A stretch of 64,000 bases of DNA from Eledone cirrhosa (Eukaryota). The notes beneath the pieces are model-generated. The model did not search any database. It saw only the letters and a program-made list of their open reading frames with translations, and was not told where the DNA came from. Below, piece after piece: positions 41,406 to 56,283 of this stretch. Position 1 is the first letter of the stretch. Each line of letters starts with the position of its first letter. The translations under genes were made by a program, and so were the position numbers. Location: assembly GCA_964016885.1 (NCBI GenBank), contig OZ024745.1, positions 124,744,001 through 124,808,000 of the forward strand. The letters are read 5' to 3'.

Positions 41406-42074
41406 CTGTAGGGAGGTAGGTAGTGGTTAAGTAACCACGTCTACCCAACCTTAAAATAGTAATAACAACAAAAACAACAATCATAATAATAATTGTTTCT
41501 ACTTTTGGCAACAAGACCAGCAAATACCGCAGTGCGTTACTGGTACTTTATTTTATTGACCCCGTAAAATAATAATTTAATAAATAAATACAAATTTAAG
41601 GAAGTGCGAGACAAATCAGTTTGTTTCCACCCAACAAAATAACACAACCCACACAGCATATAACCAACAAAATAGTGGAATCACTAAAACACCAAGTACA
41701 AGAAAATAGACCCAACAGAAAGCAACATTAATTTAATATACAGACAAAATTTGACATCCCTGCTGCATTACTGGTGCAGTGGAAACTTACATAAGATTGT
41801 TGGTAGTATAGTAATGATAATGATAATGATGACGATGATGACGATAATGACGATGATGATGACGACGAGGATGATGATGATGATAACGATCATGATGATG
41901 ACGATGATGATTATGATGATGATGTTAAGGAGGAGGAAGACGAAGTGCAGCAAGAAAGAAAATCAGAAAAAAAAGTATGAGAAAATGATACAAATAATAA
42001 AAAAAGTAAGTGAAGAACAAAAAAACGATTGCAACAATAATCAGAAAAAAACAAGCAAGGGTTGCAGCCAACAA

Positions 42075-42108
<34 letters not shown>

Positions 42109-42839
42109 TACAACAGCTACAACAAGGAAAATAAAACACCAACATTTATCGTAATAGCGTTATGATCAAGTCAACAACAACAACAACAACCACAAGAATA
42201 ACAAGTACAACAGCAACAACAATAGTAGCAACATGTGCTAAAACAACAGTAACAACAACAATAACAACTATGACAACATCATTAAGAATGGAAACACGTG
42301 GAAGGAGAAAGGCTGCAAGAAGGCTAACGAGTTTCTCCTTTGTATAAGAGTTGGAGAGACAAATGGGAGGAGTTTAATGTAACTTAAATCTGTTGTATAG
42401 AAATTCGACTGTGTTGATTGGAGGATGTTTTAGAGAGACTATTAGTAAGAGGAGAGAGAGAGGAAGATAAAATATGTGAGAAAGAGTGAGATGGAGAGAG
42501 AATAATTGAGGGTGAGTTGAGAAGAATATAAGAAAATCAGTGTGATTTAAGATATTGAAATAAAAAGGGGAATTGTGGAGAGATATCAAGTGATTAATGT
42601 GAGAGTGGTAAGATACTTACAGTGAGAAAGTGATAATTATAGTGGGCGAGAAAAGAGAAAAGAGAAATACATGCTAGGGCAAGGCGAGGAAGAGGGTGAT
42701 ATTGTAAGCATAGAAATAAACTGAGGGAGGAGGTGAGACAGAGAGAAAGAAAATGGGAGTGAATGAGGAAGAAGGAGAAGAGAGAAAGAGAACTGCGGTA
42801 AATTAGAAAAGTAGAAATAAAGAGAAAGAAAAAGTGAGA

Positions 42840-42949
<110 letters not shown>

Positions 42950-42954
42950 TAGAT

Positions 42955-44159
42955 AACTTTCTTTTTATTTGCCACCAGGGCATCAAAGAGTGGGACAAGT
43001 ACAAAGGGGGAAGTTTACATAAAAAGGCGTCCTCAATAAGGAGGAGGCAATAACAAAATATAAAAATATAAAATATAAAATATAACAAAAATAAATTGAA
43101 TAACAAAATCCTCAATAGGGAGGAGGCGCCTTGGGGGATCGCACACACCCCCGAAAAAAGTGTGCAGCCCTTCTCCTCAGGAGCACAGAGAGAGGGTGCT
43201 CCCTTGATCTTTCATCTTTCGCACCTACAGTCTGATGTAGAGTGAAGGCCCATTCACACGGGCCATTCTCGCCACTTTCACCCATCTTTCATAGAAACGG
43301 CTGGGGTGCAGTACCTCTCTCTCCATCCTGATCCTTCTTCCGAAATGATATCGGAAGAAACGGACCAGTTGTTGGCCAGAGAGAAAGGTGTCTGACCTCA
43401 GTCCTTTCAGACACGTCCACCATACAACCTCTTTCGCCATGGCTATTACGCACAGAAACACCGCCTCTCCTTCGTTTTTGAAGAGAGGAGGCGGCTTGAT
43501 CGTTACAATAGACTCGGTGGTCAACCGGATCGGTCCCACCCATGACAGCAGTTGTTCGACATATCCCGACAGATCGGCAATGCCCGAGCAGCGTACCAAT
43601 GCGTGTGCAACGGTTTCCTCGTCGCACACGCATCTGGGATAGATCTTTTTCGAGGGGTCCCTACCCGGGCGCCCGTGTCTCTAGAGCCTTTCTCGAACGG
43701 GCAGAGCCCTTCGGTAACACTGCCAGGCCAGGGACCTCTGGAATTTATCCATAGGTCCCGGGCTGAATGTCCTACCGAACAGGTTGGCCAGTTCGTTTTC
43801 CTCCATGCCTAGGGCTTCTCCGAGGGCGACGTCGCACCTGCTAACCACCAGCCCTCTATAGAATGACGAGGTGGATTTTCCAATGACAGCCGGGTCCGCC
43901 TGCCAGAGAGCCGTGAGCGCCTGGGCACACTCGGTGTGCCAGGCGCCCAGTTTTCTCGGTCTTTGCTTGACTCAGGATTGCAGCTCGGTGAGCGAGACGA
44001 GTCTGGGAAAGGCTCGCCTCACAAACGGGGCCCACACCGGTTGACCGGTGAGGAATACCTGGAGGTGCTGTAGCCTTAATGCGTGTTTGCGCATCATCCG
44101 CACGGCAACCCAGCCCTCCTTTCGAAGGGTGTTGACAGCAGATGGATCGCCTCACCATG
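42955..44159 (-). mobile_element. Tx1/L1-clade LINE, 5'-truncated (related to 1-1690)
   Basis: MVRRSICCQHPSKGGLG, CDEETVAHALVRC, AMAKEVVWWT.LKGL, ERWVKVARMARVNG. AATAAA end, inserted between (TATC)n and (TC)n. Confidence 0.9.
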
Positions 44160-44221
44160 GATAGATAGATAGTTAGATAAATAGATAGCATAGAGAGATA
44201 GAGATAGATAGATAGATAGAT

Positions 44222-44305
<84 letters not shown>

Positions 44306-44891
44306 AAAGAGGGATGGATTGAAATAAGATGGTAGAAAGATGAAATTAAAATTATGAGTGCTGACATCCAGGGAAGTTGATATGAAGAAGCACCAAGTAA
44401 AAGGAGGAATACTTAATAGCTAGGGAGGGAGTAACAAGGGGGGGGGGCGTAGTGAGAGGTGGAAAGTAGAGTGTGCGTGCGAGGGGAGGGAGAATGAAGA
44501 AAAAGTGTGTAGGAATGAAAGAGTTTGGAAAGTAAGATATATAGATAGACAAGGCAGGAGAGGATGTGTATTGAAATATTAGTTTTTGATTTATAGGAAA
44601 TTTCAGGGAATTTGGAGGTGGGGGAGTAGAACGAAGAAATATTGAGTTAAACACGAAAAGAGAGCGAGTAGCTGTGTGTTTGGGTGTGTATGTGAGAGTG
44701 AGAAGGGGGTAGAGAGAGAGGGGGTAAAGAGAGAGAGAGAAAGAGAAAGAGAAAGAGAGAGGATAAAGAAAACGTAGGAGGTGTTGGAATTAGTAGAAAT
44801 TATTGAATGTAGTAAACTTGCAGAAGTTTTAATGTAAATCAGAAGAGGAGATAAACACACACATACAGACACATACACACACACACATACG

Positions 44892-44971
<80 letters not shown>

Positions 44972-44978
44972 TATGTAT

Positions 44979-45023
<45 letters not shown>

Positions 45024-45137
45024 TATAGATATACACATATATGTGTGTATGAATATTATATATTCACCTATATATATATATATATATATATAGGTATATA
45101 TATATTTATATATACAGTATATATAATATATATATAT

Positions 45138-45173
<36 letters not shown>

Positions 45174-45299
45174 TTAAATATTTAAATATTTAAATATATA
45201 TATGTTTATGTATATTGAGAGAGGGGGTGAAAATAGTAGTGGGAGATGCAATTACGAACGTCGAAGTAAAGAAAATGGCGTTCTTGTAATGGGGATGCT

Positions 45300-45900
45300 T
45301 GTGTTGTTGTTGTTGGTGGTGGTGGTGGTGGTGGTTGGGTGGTGGCGCTGCTATTGCTGATAATAGTGTAGTTGATGTAGCAGTTGGTGAGAAGGATTGT
45401 AGTAGTGGTGGTGGTGATGGTGGTGGCGATGGTGATGGTGGTGGTGGTGGTGGTTGGTGGTGGTGGTGGTGGCCGGTGGGGTTGGTGGTGGTGGTTGGTG
45501 GTTGGTGGTGGTGATGGTGGTGGTAGTTGGTGGTGGTGATGGTGGTGGTTGGTGGTTGGTGGTGGTGGTGATGGTGGTTGGTGGTTGGTGGTGGTGATGG
45601 TGGTGGTGGTTGGTGGTGGGTGGTGGTGGTGATGGTGGTTGGTGGTTGGTTGTGGTGATGGTGGTGGTTGTTAATGGTGGTTGGTGGTGGTGGTTGGTGG
45701 TTGGTGGTGGTGATGGTGGTGGTTGGTGGTGGTTGGTGGTGGTGGTTGGTGGTTGGTGGTGGTGATGGTGGTGGTAGTTGGTGGTGATGGTGGTTGGTGG
45801 TTGGTGGTGGAGGTGATGGTGGTTGTTGGTGGTGGTTGTGGATGGTGGGGGTGGTGGTTGGTGATGGTGATGATGGTGGTGGTGGTGGCGGTGGTGGTGG
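45300..45900. repeat. Degenerate (GGT)n / GGTGGTT repeat
   Basis: Direct inspection. Confidence 0.9.
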
Positions 45901-46022
45901 GATTACGGGCTGACTAGAGGAAGAGTAGAGTTGACAGTCATACAGGTGGGTCTTTATAAGATAGTTGTAGTTGTGAAGTAAGTGACAGTTGTAGCAGCAG
46001 TAGCAGCAGTAGCAGTATTGAA

Positions 46023-49000
46023 GTGGTGGTGGTGGTAGTGAGGTGGGTGGTTGTGATGATAGTGATGGTGGAGGTGGTGGTGGTGGTAGCCGTGGTGATA
46101 GTGGAGGTGGTGGTGGTGGTAGCCGTGGTGATAGTGGAGGTGGTGGTGGTAGCCGTGGTGGTAGTGGAGGTGGTGGTGGTGGTGGTAGCCGTGGTGATAG
46201 TGGAGGTGGTGGTGGTGGTGGTAGCCGTGGTGATAGTGGAGGTGGTGGTGGTGGTGGTAGCCGTGGTGATAGTGGAGGTGGTGGTGGTGGTAGAAGTGGT
46301 GAAAGTGGAGGTGGTGGTGGTGGTGGTAGCCGTGGTGATAGTGGAGGTGGTGGTGGTGGTGGTTGCTGTGGTGATAGTGGAGGAGGTGGTGGTGGTAGCT
46401 GTGGTGATAGTGGAGGAGGTGGTGGTGGTAGCCGTGGTGATAGTGGAGGTGGTGGTGGTGGTAGCCGTGGTGATAGTGGAGGTGGTGGTGGTGGTGGTGG
46501 TAGCCGTGGTGATAGTGGAGGTGGTGGTGGTGGTGGTGGTAGCTGTGGTGATAGTGGAGGTGGTGGTGGTGGTGGTAGCCGTGGTGATAGTGGAGGTGGT
46601 GGTGGTAGCCGTGGTGATAGTGGAGGTGGTGGTGGTGGTGGTAGCCGTGGTGATAGTGGAGGTGGTGGTGGTGGTGGTAGCCGTGGTGATAGTGGAGGTG
46701 GTGGTGGTGGTAGTAGCCGTAGTGATAGTGGAGGTGGTGGTGGTAGCCGTGGTGATAGTGGAGGAGGTGGTGGTGGTGGTAGCCGTGGTGATAGTAGAGG
46801 TGGCGGTGGTGGTAGCCGTGGTGATAGTGGAGGTGGTGGTGGTGGTGGTGGTAGCCGTGGTGATAGTGGAGGAGGTGGTGGTGGTGGTAGCCGTGGTGAT
46901 AGTAGAGGTGGCGGTGGTGGTAGCCGTGGTGATAGTGGAGGTGGTGGTGGTGGTAGAAGTGGTGATAGTGGAGGTGGTGGTGGTGGTGGTAGCCGTGGTG
47001 ATAGTGGAGGTGGTGGTGGTGGTGGTAGCCGTAGTGATAGTGGAGGAGGTGGTGGTGGTAGCCGTGGTGATAGTGGAGGTGGTGGTGGTGGTGGTGGTAG
47101 CTGTGGTGATAGTGGAGGTGGTGGTGGTGGTGGTAGCCGTGGTGATAGTGGAGGTGGTGGTGGTGGTGGTAGCCGTAGTGATAGTGGAGGAGGTGGTGGT
47201 GGTAGCCGTGGTGATAGTGGAGGTGGTGGTGGTGGTGGTGGCCGTAGTGATAGTGGAGGTGGTGGTGGTAGCCGTGGTGATAGTGGAGGTGGTGGTGGTG
47301 GTAGCCGTGGTGATAGTGGAGGTGGTGGTGGTCGTGGTGGTAGCCGTGGTGATAGTGGAGGTGGTGGTGGTGGTAGCCGTGGTGATAGTGGAGGTGGTGG
47401 TGGTCGTGGTGGTAGCCGTGGTGATAGTGGAGGTGGTGGTGGTGGTGGTAGCCGTGGTGATAGTAGTGGTGGTGGTGGTGGTGGTGGTAGCCGTGGTGAT
47501 AGTGGAAGTGGTGGTGGTGGTGGTAGCCGTGGTGATAGTGGAGGTGGTGGTGGTGGTGGTGGCCGTGGTGATAGTGGAGGTGGTGGTGGTGGTGATAGCC
47601 GTGGTGATAGTGGAGGTGGTGGTGGTGGTGGTAGCCGTGGTGATAGTGGAAGTGGTGGTGGTGGTGGTAGCCGTGGTGATAGTGGAGGTGGTGGTGGTGG
47701 TGGTAGCCGTGGTGATAGTGGAGGTGGTGGTGGTGGTGGTAGCCGTGGTGATAGTGGAAGTGGTGGTGGTGGTGGTAGCCGTGGTGATAGTGGAGGTGGT
47801 GGTGGCTGTGGTAGCCGTGGTGATAGTGGAAGTGGTGGTGGTGGTGGTAGCCGTGGTGATAGTGGAGGTGGTGGTGGTGGTGGTGGCCGTGGTGATAGTG
47901 GAGGTGGTGGTGGTCGTGGTGGTAGCCGTGGTGATAGTGGAAGTGGTGGTGGTGGTGGTAGCCGTGGTGATAGTTGAGGTGGTGGTGGTGGTGGTGGTAG
48001 CCGTGGTGATAGTGGAAGTGGTGGTGGTGGTGGTAGCCGTGGTGATAGTGGAGGTGGTGGTGGTGGTAGCCGTGGTGATAGTGGAAGTGGTGGTGGTGGT
48101 GGTAGCCGTGGTGATAGTGGAGGTGATGGTGGTGGTAGCCGTGGTGATAGTGGAGGTGGTCGTGGTGGTAGCCGTGGTGATAGTGGAGGTGGTGGTGGTG
48201 GTGGTAGCCGTGGTGATAGTAGTGGTGGCGGTGGTGGTAGCCGTGGTGATAGTTGAGGTGGTGGTGGTGGTGGTGGTAGCCGTGGTGATAGTGGAAGTGG
48301 TGGTGGTGGTGGTAGCCGTGGTGATAGTGGAGGTGGTGGTGGTGGTGGTGGTAGCTGTGGTGATAGTGGAGGTGGTGGTGGTGGTGGTAGCCGTGGTGAT
48401 AGTGGAGGTGGTGGTGGTGGTAGCCGTGGTGATAGTGGAGGTGGTGGTGGTGGGGGTAGCCGTAGTGATAGTGGAGGTGGTGGTGGTGGTGGTGGTAGCC
48501 GTGGTGATATTGGAGCTGGTGGTGGTGGGGGTAGCCGTAGTGATAGTGGAGGTGGTGGTGGTGGTGGTAGCCGTGGTGATAGTGGAGGTGGTGGTGGTTG
48601 TAGCCGTGGTGATAGTGGAGGTGGTGGTGGTGGTGGTAGCCGTGGTGATAGTGGAGGTGGTGGTGGTGGTGGTGGTAGCCGTGGTGATAGTGGAGGTGGT
48701 GGTGGTGGTGATAGCCGTGGTGATAGTGGAGGTGGTGGTGGTGGTAGCCGTGGTGATAGTGGAGGTGGTGTTGGTGGTAGCCGTGGTGATAGTGGAGGTG
48801 GTGGGGGTGCCCGTGGTGATAGTGGAGGTGGTGGTGGTGGTAGCCGTGGTGGTGGTGGTAGCCGTGGTGATAGTGGAGGTGGTGGTGGTGGTGATAGCCG
48901 TGGTGATAGTGGAGGTGGTGTTGGTGGTAGCCGTGGTGATAGTGGAGGTGGTGTTGGTGGTAGCCGTGGTGATAGTGGAGGTGGTGATGGTGGTAGCCGT

Positions 49001-49125
49001 GGTGATAGTGGAGGTGGTGGTGGGGGTAGCCGTGGTGATAGTGAAGGTGGTGGTGGTGTTGCTGGTTGTAGCTATTGTTATAGTTGATGTGGTGGTGGTA
49101 GCTACAGTGATAGTGGTGGTAGCTG
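46023..49125. repeat. 3.1-kb minisatellite, unit GTAGCCGTGGTGATAGTGGAG(GTG)n, 27-39 bp, about 95 copies
   Basis: Direct inspection. All length changes are multiples of 3, since the plus-strand frame is open for 1040 codons. Confidence 0.95.
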
Positions 49126-49202
49126 TTTGGAAACTATGGTTATAGTGGAGGTGACAGTGGTGTTAGAGGTGATATTGGAGGTGATTGTGGTGATAATGTA
49201 GG

Positions 49203-49233
<31 letters not shown>

Positions 49234-49651
49234 GCTGGTGCTGGTGAGGAAGGGGGTGCTGTTGGTGGTGGCGGTGATGGTGGTAGTGGTGGCAGTTATC
49301 GTGTTAGCCATTTATGAGATCAAACGTTTGACTATGATGATGGCGGTAAATGGGCAGGTGATGTTTGATTTCTAGCAAGTAGTGAAAGTTGTTTAACAAG
49401 CTAGTGGAAGTTGTGATTACAGTAGTGGTAGTTGTAGGAGGAGGGTACACGTGAAAATTGAAGTAGCGAGTCATGGTAGTCGTAGGTTGGAACGTTTATT
49501 TCCATAAAACATTTGTTGTAAAAAGAATGACGGTGTGGGGTAGAAGTATTTGTACTAATAATAATGTTACTGGTAATTTCACAGTAGGAATAGTAATATC
49601 AGAGTTAATGATGTTCTAAGTAGTTTGGAGGTTGAATTGGGGAAAAAAAAA

Positions 49652-49830
49652 TTGTTTCTACTTTTTAGTACACGGCCAGCAATAACCCAATACATTACTG
49701 GTACTTTATTATATCGACCCCGTAAGGATGAAAGGCAAAGTTAATCTCGGCGGGATTTGAACTCAGATCGTAAAGGAAAATAACTATGCTGGAAAGCATG
49801 TCCGACACTCTACCCATACTGCCAATCAAC
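49652..49830 (-). mobile_element. SINE copy (family of 1705-1882)
   Basis: CATTACTGGTACTTTATT.TATCGACCCCGTAAGGATGAAAGGCAAAG..GGCGGGATTTGAACTCAG. Confidence 0.8.
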
Positions 49831-50056
49831 TGAAAAAAATATAACGTGAATAATTACGTTCATAAACAGTAATCGTTGCCTTTTCTTGGAGTAGAGCGAG
49901 GATTTGATCATAATAAGAAGAATCTAGAAGTATAGAAAAGGATAGAAAGGCTAAGATATCTTGTCAAAAATTGAGAAGGGAGAATTATATATATATATAT
50001 ATATAAGCAAAGAGATATTTAATTTGTTGGAAATTATATTTATGAAACCATATTTA

Positions 50057-50113
50057 TTTTATTATATATATATCAAGAGTACCAAAAATTTGGTACGCCC
50101 TCATCAGATAAAA
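50057..50113 (-). ncRNA. Type I hammerhead, GAAA mutated to GATA
   Basis: TTTTAT-CTGATGA-GGGCGTACCAAA TT TTTGGTACTCTT-GATA-TATATA-TA-ATAAAA. Confidence 0.6.
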
Positions 50114-50204
50114 CAGAAAATTTGTTTCATAAATAGTGACATACACCAGAAACCAGACCTTATCGGTTCAGGTTCCGTTTGGATAGTATATATATATATA
50201 AGTT

Positions 50205-50487
50205 ATCCCGGGTTCAATGGAGAGGGAGGGGGGGAACCACAGTAAGTAAGGTACTCAATACAAAGCAGAGTATAAATGTTTAATATAGAAAAGCTTCTAC
50301 ACCACTAGAACTGTTTCATTCGTGAGAAATCATCAGGAAGCTGACTGTCCAAGTAAGTATAGTGGTATTTATATCTTCTCTGGTGTTAGATATACATACC
50401 ACCATACTTACTTGGACAGTCAGCTTCCTGATGATTTCGCATGAATGAAACAGTTCTAGTGGTGTAGAATATTTGCTATATTAAATA
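50205..50487. mobile_element. Inverted-repeat PLE-type insertion with two hammerheads (50292-50342 minus, 50422-50469 plus)
   Basis: AGCTTC-CTGATGA-TTTC TCAC GAAT-GAAA-CAGTTCTAGTGGTG-TA-GAAGCT: 6-bp helix I, GUA triplet. Arms are about 100 bp. Confidence 0.8.
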
Positions 50488-50707
50488 TATATATATTGAG
50501 AGAGAGAGGAGTTTGTGGTAGAAAGTGATGAGGAAATAAACGAAAAAAAAAGATACATCATTATTTGGACTTATATATATGTATGCATGTATGAATGACT
50601 CTGCCTGTATGAAGGTATTTATGTATGAATGTCTGTCTGTCCATATGTATGAACGCCTGCTTATCTGCCTGTATATACAAATGCATGTATGTAGGTATGC
50701 ATGCCTA

Positions 50708-51250
50708 TGACTAAACCGGCAACCCCACCAAGTTTACTTGGTGAGGGGGATGATTTTGGACACCCTGCAGGAGAAAAAACAAAACCTGACAAAGGGCGGA
50801 AGAACTCATAAGAGTCAACAGCAATCCAAAACTGTTTAAATATCTATATACACATGTACATAATATGTATATGTGTATATACACGGGTGCATGTGTATAT
50901 ATATACGCGGGGACATAGAAATAGTCGGGCTGGACACCCGATAGCGCGGTTAAACCACTGAGAGTTAAGGACCCCTAGCCTTTGTCAGGGCATTCTTCTA
51001 GGAGAAGGCAACTCAGGAAACTGGGATAACTCCGATATAAAACCTGTGGCTCAGTACTTACCGATGATGTTGATCTTTTCTTCTTTTCAGGTTATAGCTA
51101 CTGTCACTCAGAGAGTGGGATTGGCTCAGTGCACATTCTTTCCTCACTTTAAAACATATCTTCATGCACAGGCATTGCACGATATAATTAATTAATATTT
51201 ATTAATAATGGTATATCGTGCAATGGCCATACTCGATAACGAGCCATCAT
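50708..51250 (+). mobile_element. Non-autonomous RTE-derived element, family A
   Basis: High similarity to 11270-11620 and 12632-13141. Confidence 0.8.
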
Positions 51251-51748
51251 ATCATGTATGAATGTAAGTCTGTATGTATGGATGTATGTATATGTATGAA
51301 TGCAAATCTGTCTGTACGTATGTATGTTTGCTTCTCTGTCTGCCTATATCTATGTAAGTATGTATGAATGTCTGTCTGTCTGTATATATATATGTCTGTA
51401 TGTATGTATATATATATGTAGGAAGGCATATCGGCCTGTATGTATGTATGTAAGTATGTACGTATGCATGCATGTATGTATGTCTGTTTGTATGTATATA
51501 TATATATAAATATATATACGTATCAAGGCATGTCTGTCTGTATGTATGCATATATATATATATATGTATAAATCCATGTGTGTCTATCTATCTGTATGAA
51601 GGTATGTCTGTCTGAATGTATGTATATATGTATGTATATATATATATGTATATATATATGTATGTATGTATATATGTATATATATATATATGTATAAAAG
51701 CCTATGTTAGTTGATATATTAAATTATCTATATATATATATGTATGTA

Positions 51749-51789
<41 letters not shown>

Positions 51790-51820
51790 GTGTGTATGTA
51801 TATATATATATGTATGTATG

Positions 51821-51851
<31 letters not shown>

Positions 51852-52044
51852 GTGTATATATATGTATATATATGTATGTATATATATATGTATGTGTGTA
51901 TGTATGTATGTATATGTATATATGTGTGTGTGTATATATGTACATATATATATATATGTATATATATGTGTGTATGTATATATATATAGATATGTATGTG
52001 TGTATGTATGTATGTATATGTAAATATGTATATATGTATATATG

Positions 52045-52077
<33 letters not shown>

Positions 52078-52106
52078 GTATGTGTATGTATGTATGTATA
52101 TATATA

Positions 52107-52386
52107 TAAGAGAGTGGGACTGGCTTTGTGCAGTGCCTTTGCTCACTATAAAAGCTTCACGACACAGGCATTGCTTTATATCTGGAGATCTCTCTGCCCT
52201 TGTCGTCACATGGTACCATGGGCCCAGCACTATGTGTCAATAACTGTCACAAGTTTAGTGTTTGTACCAGAGTTTTCAAGTCGCTGGCTGGACTAAATAG
52301 TCACACTCGTTCAGCGCATCGGTAGGGGTTCTCCTACATGGATATAAAGTAGTGGCCGCACTCGAATACGATTTGGCAGCCACCAT
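52107..52386 (+). mobile_element. Non-autonomous RTE-derived element, family B (5'-truncated)
   Basis: Reverse-complement match to 13162-13440. Confidence 0.8.
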
Positions 52387-52418
52387 ATATATATGTATGT
52401 ATGAAGGTATTATCTGTC

Positions 52419-52462
<44 letters not shown>

Positions 52463-52502
52463 TGTATGAAGGTATGTCCGTCTGAATATATGTATATGTA
52501 TA

Positions 52503-53435
<933 letters not shown>

Positions 53436-53488
53436 ATATATATATATATATATATATATGTATGAAGGTATGTCTGTCTGCATGTATG

Positions 53489-53578
<90 letters not shown>

Positions 53579-54199
53579 AAGGCATGTCTGTCTGTCTGTA
53601 TGTATTTGTTAGACACGCAGTGACTAACAACAGAATGTTTCAAGTCTGCGTGTCTGACATATATGCGTAGCTTGTGAATAAAACAAATCAAGGGATTCCG
53701 CTGGCCGTGGTGATCCCTTACCAAACATCTTTTGTAATGTATCGTCTTATTGGCTAATTTCATCAACCAATGAGAGTAATTGTTTCCCAAAAGCATCCGC
53801 CACTTTGTTTGCACGTTTATTTAACATTTCGCTTTCGAATCTTCCTCCTGTATTTCGTCGTTTTATCATCTAAATATTTTTCTCGTTTTGGTAAGTTATA
53901 TTGTTAATTTATATATGATTTTTTAAATTTATATTAACTATTTTTTGTTCAGTTCGTTATAACATGCTTATAATATTGGTTGTATCATATTTACTTGTAT
54001 ATTTGTCCATATTATTGTTCGTTTTATGTTAGATTATTTTATTATTATTATGTTAGATTATTTTTTTTATATTATGTTAGACTATTTGTATGTAATATTT
54101 AATTTGTATTAATTCAACTATAACAATTATTATGTAAAATATATTTATTTAATATTGATTGTTTTTTGTAGGCGAAGGTGTGGGGCATTTTTAGGTTCC

Positions 54200-54480
54200 A
54201 CAAATATTCCTTTCAGACATAAGTCTCAACATATTCCGCCTTATGTGTTCATATTTTTGGTCTCTGTAGTGCATTCCAGATTCTCCCGGCTACCGCATCA
54301 TGCCTCGTGTATTTGCCGTAACAAGTAGACATATTTTCACAGTTGACAATAAATGTGGCTAACACCTTCGGTCTTTGATTTGCACAGCCCAAAGTTATTG
54401 TCAACTGATGACTTTCATTCTTTGTATCGTCGGTACTTGGTAAGGATTTCCTGTTCCTAAATTGTATGGAACATATTCCT
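54200..54480 (-). mobile_element. Decayed REL-type non-LTR element fragment (zinc knuckle region)
   Basis: FIVNCENMSTCYGKYTRHDAVAGRIWNAL (C..Y..RHD.VA motif). Confidence 0.55.
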
Positions 54481-54544
54481 AAAAGAAGGCGCACACACAT
54501 ATATATACATACATATATACATACATATTTATACATACATACAG

Positions 54545-54643
<99 letters not shown>

Positions 54644-54665
54644 TATACATCTTTAACTATATATA

Positions 54666-54833
54666 TCCAGAAATAACCGTCGAAATAACTGTCCAGAAAT
54701 AGCCGTCGAAACGGATTGAGCACTCCCGTCGGGGTCTTGACCATTTTCCTATTACCCACTCTACTACCCTAAGTATTGAGTACTCTGATGCGCTGTGGTC
54801 CATTTGGTTCCTTGCCACACTTCCTTCGTTATA
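54666..54833 (+). mobile_element. GAGCTC-family PLE-type insertion truncated at hammerhead helix II
   Basis: CAGAAATAGCCGTCGAAACGG..CCGTCGGGGTC plus the same tail as 37477-37556, with a short tandem restart at the 5' end. Confidence 0.75.
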
Positions 54834-54845
54834 TATATTTCTTAA

Positions 54846-54936
<91 letters not shown>

Positions 54937-55049
54937 GTTAGAATATGTGTAATAAGGCCAAGACAATGCAGGTATGGACATAGAAAAAAGAATGCAATAG
55001 TGAAAGATATTGATGTGAATTCGTCTTTCACCTTGAATTTATTTAAATG

Positions 55050-55086
55050 TCCTTAATTTTCGAGATAATATCTCTTCTTCGGAGGG
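55050..55086 (-). ncRNA. Hammerhead-like motif (CCGAAGA variant)
   Basis: CCT-CCGAAGA-AGAGATA T TATCTC-GAAA-AT-TA-AGG, then AATAAA. Confidence 0.4.
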
Positions 55087-55855
55087 ATGTAAAGGTCTCA
55101 AACCAGCGTCTTTGAATCTCTAATGAAGCCATGCTGACCGGAAATAGTATAGAGTATCTGTTCTAACTTTAATATCAAAGAATTAAAGTTAGGTTGATAA
55201 AGAGTAGTCTCCCTTTAAGAGGGGTTTGTTTATTTTTTGTTTTTGTTTTGTTTTTTTAAATTTTAAATGCGTGCCTGTATATGTGTGTGGGAGAATGCAT
55301 GAAGGTGTAGGTATGTTGGTGTGTGTGTGTGAGTGTGGGAAGATCTTCCCACACTCACACACACTATATAATATCATATTATTACCACATGTATATTGGG
55401 TATATGTATTATCATTATCATTATTATTTTTATTCCTATCATGCTTATTTATATTTAAACTCTTAATAAGGTTTAATTTGTGCATTTGAAGATGGATATG
55501 TGTATTGATGTATGTGTATGTGTGCGTACGTGTGCGTACATATATACATATGTATATTGTACCTTTTGATTTTTATTGTAATTTTAATATTGGTAAAGGT
55601 ATATTATATTATATTACATTGTATTATATATAATACCTGCTCTATATAACCACCTTTGTTTAGCTCTAGGACTTTTTTGCTTTGGACTATATTTGTAATA
55701 TGTTTCTTAATGTTATACACCTCCTTAGTAATTTTTATTATATATTTTTATTATATATTTTTACCCATAATCTTGCAATACTTTAGTGTATGTACACTCC
55801 ATATTCTTCGGAGGTTCCGGCTTGTATTGGCCGATAATACTTCTTGTTGTTTTAA

Positions 55856-55897
55856 TTGTCCTGATGAGTCCTTAATAGGACGAAACATTGTTGGCTA
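55856..55897 (+). ncRNA. Type I hammerhead ribozyme
   Basis: GTC-CTGATGA-GTCC TTAATA GGAC-GAAA-CATTG-TT-GGC-TAATAAAG: canonical helix II, GUU triplet. Confidence 0.7.
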
Positions 55898-56161
55898 ATA
55901 AAGACTTTTGATGTATTGAAGGCTTCTTTGTTTTATTTCATAAATATATATATATATATATACATTTTAGTACAGCATTGACGAAGCTTTAGTATACGGC
56001 CAAGCTAGCGTATATGCATAATCGGTCTGTAGCTTTAGCACTCAGATGAGGTAAGACCCCAGAGTAATAACATTACGTTCAGACAGCTTAGCAAATCAGA
56101 TATAGCAGTCGGCAGTCCGACCGTATTACCAGAGCAACGAAAATACAGGACCCAGGAAAAG

Positions 56162-56245
<84 letters not shown>

Positions 56246-56283
56246 TTGCAAGGTTTTTGATATGAAATCGTGTGACGAAACAA

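Noticed and set aside
46023-49145. 1040-aa Val-rich and 644-aa Gly-rich plus-strand ORFs
   Set aside because: Automatic products of a GGT-based minisatellite. There is no non-repetitive domain, the Val-rich product is implausible, and the Gly frame is broken by TGA.
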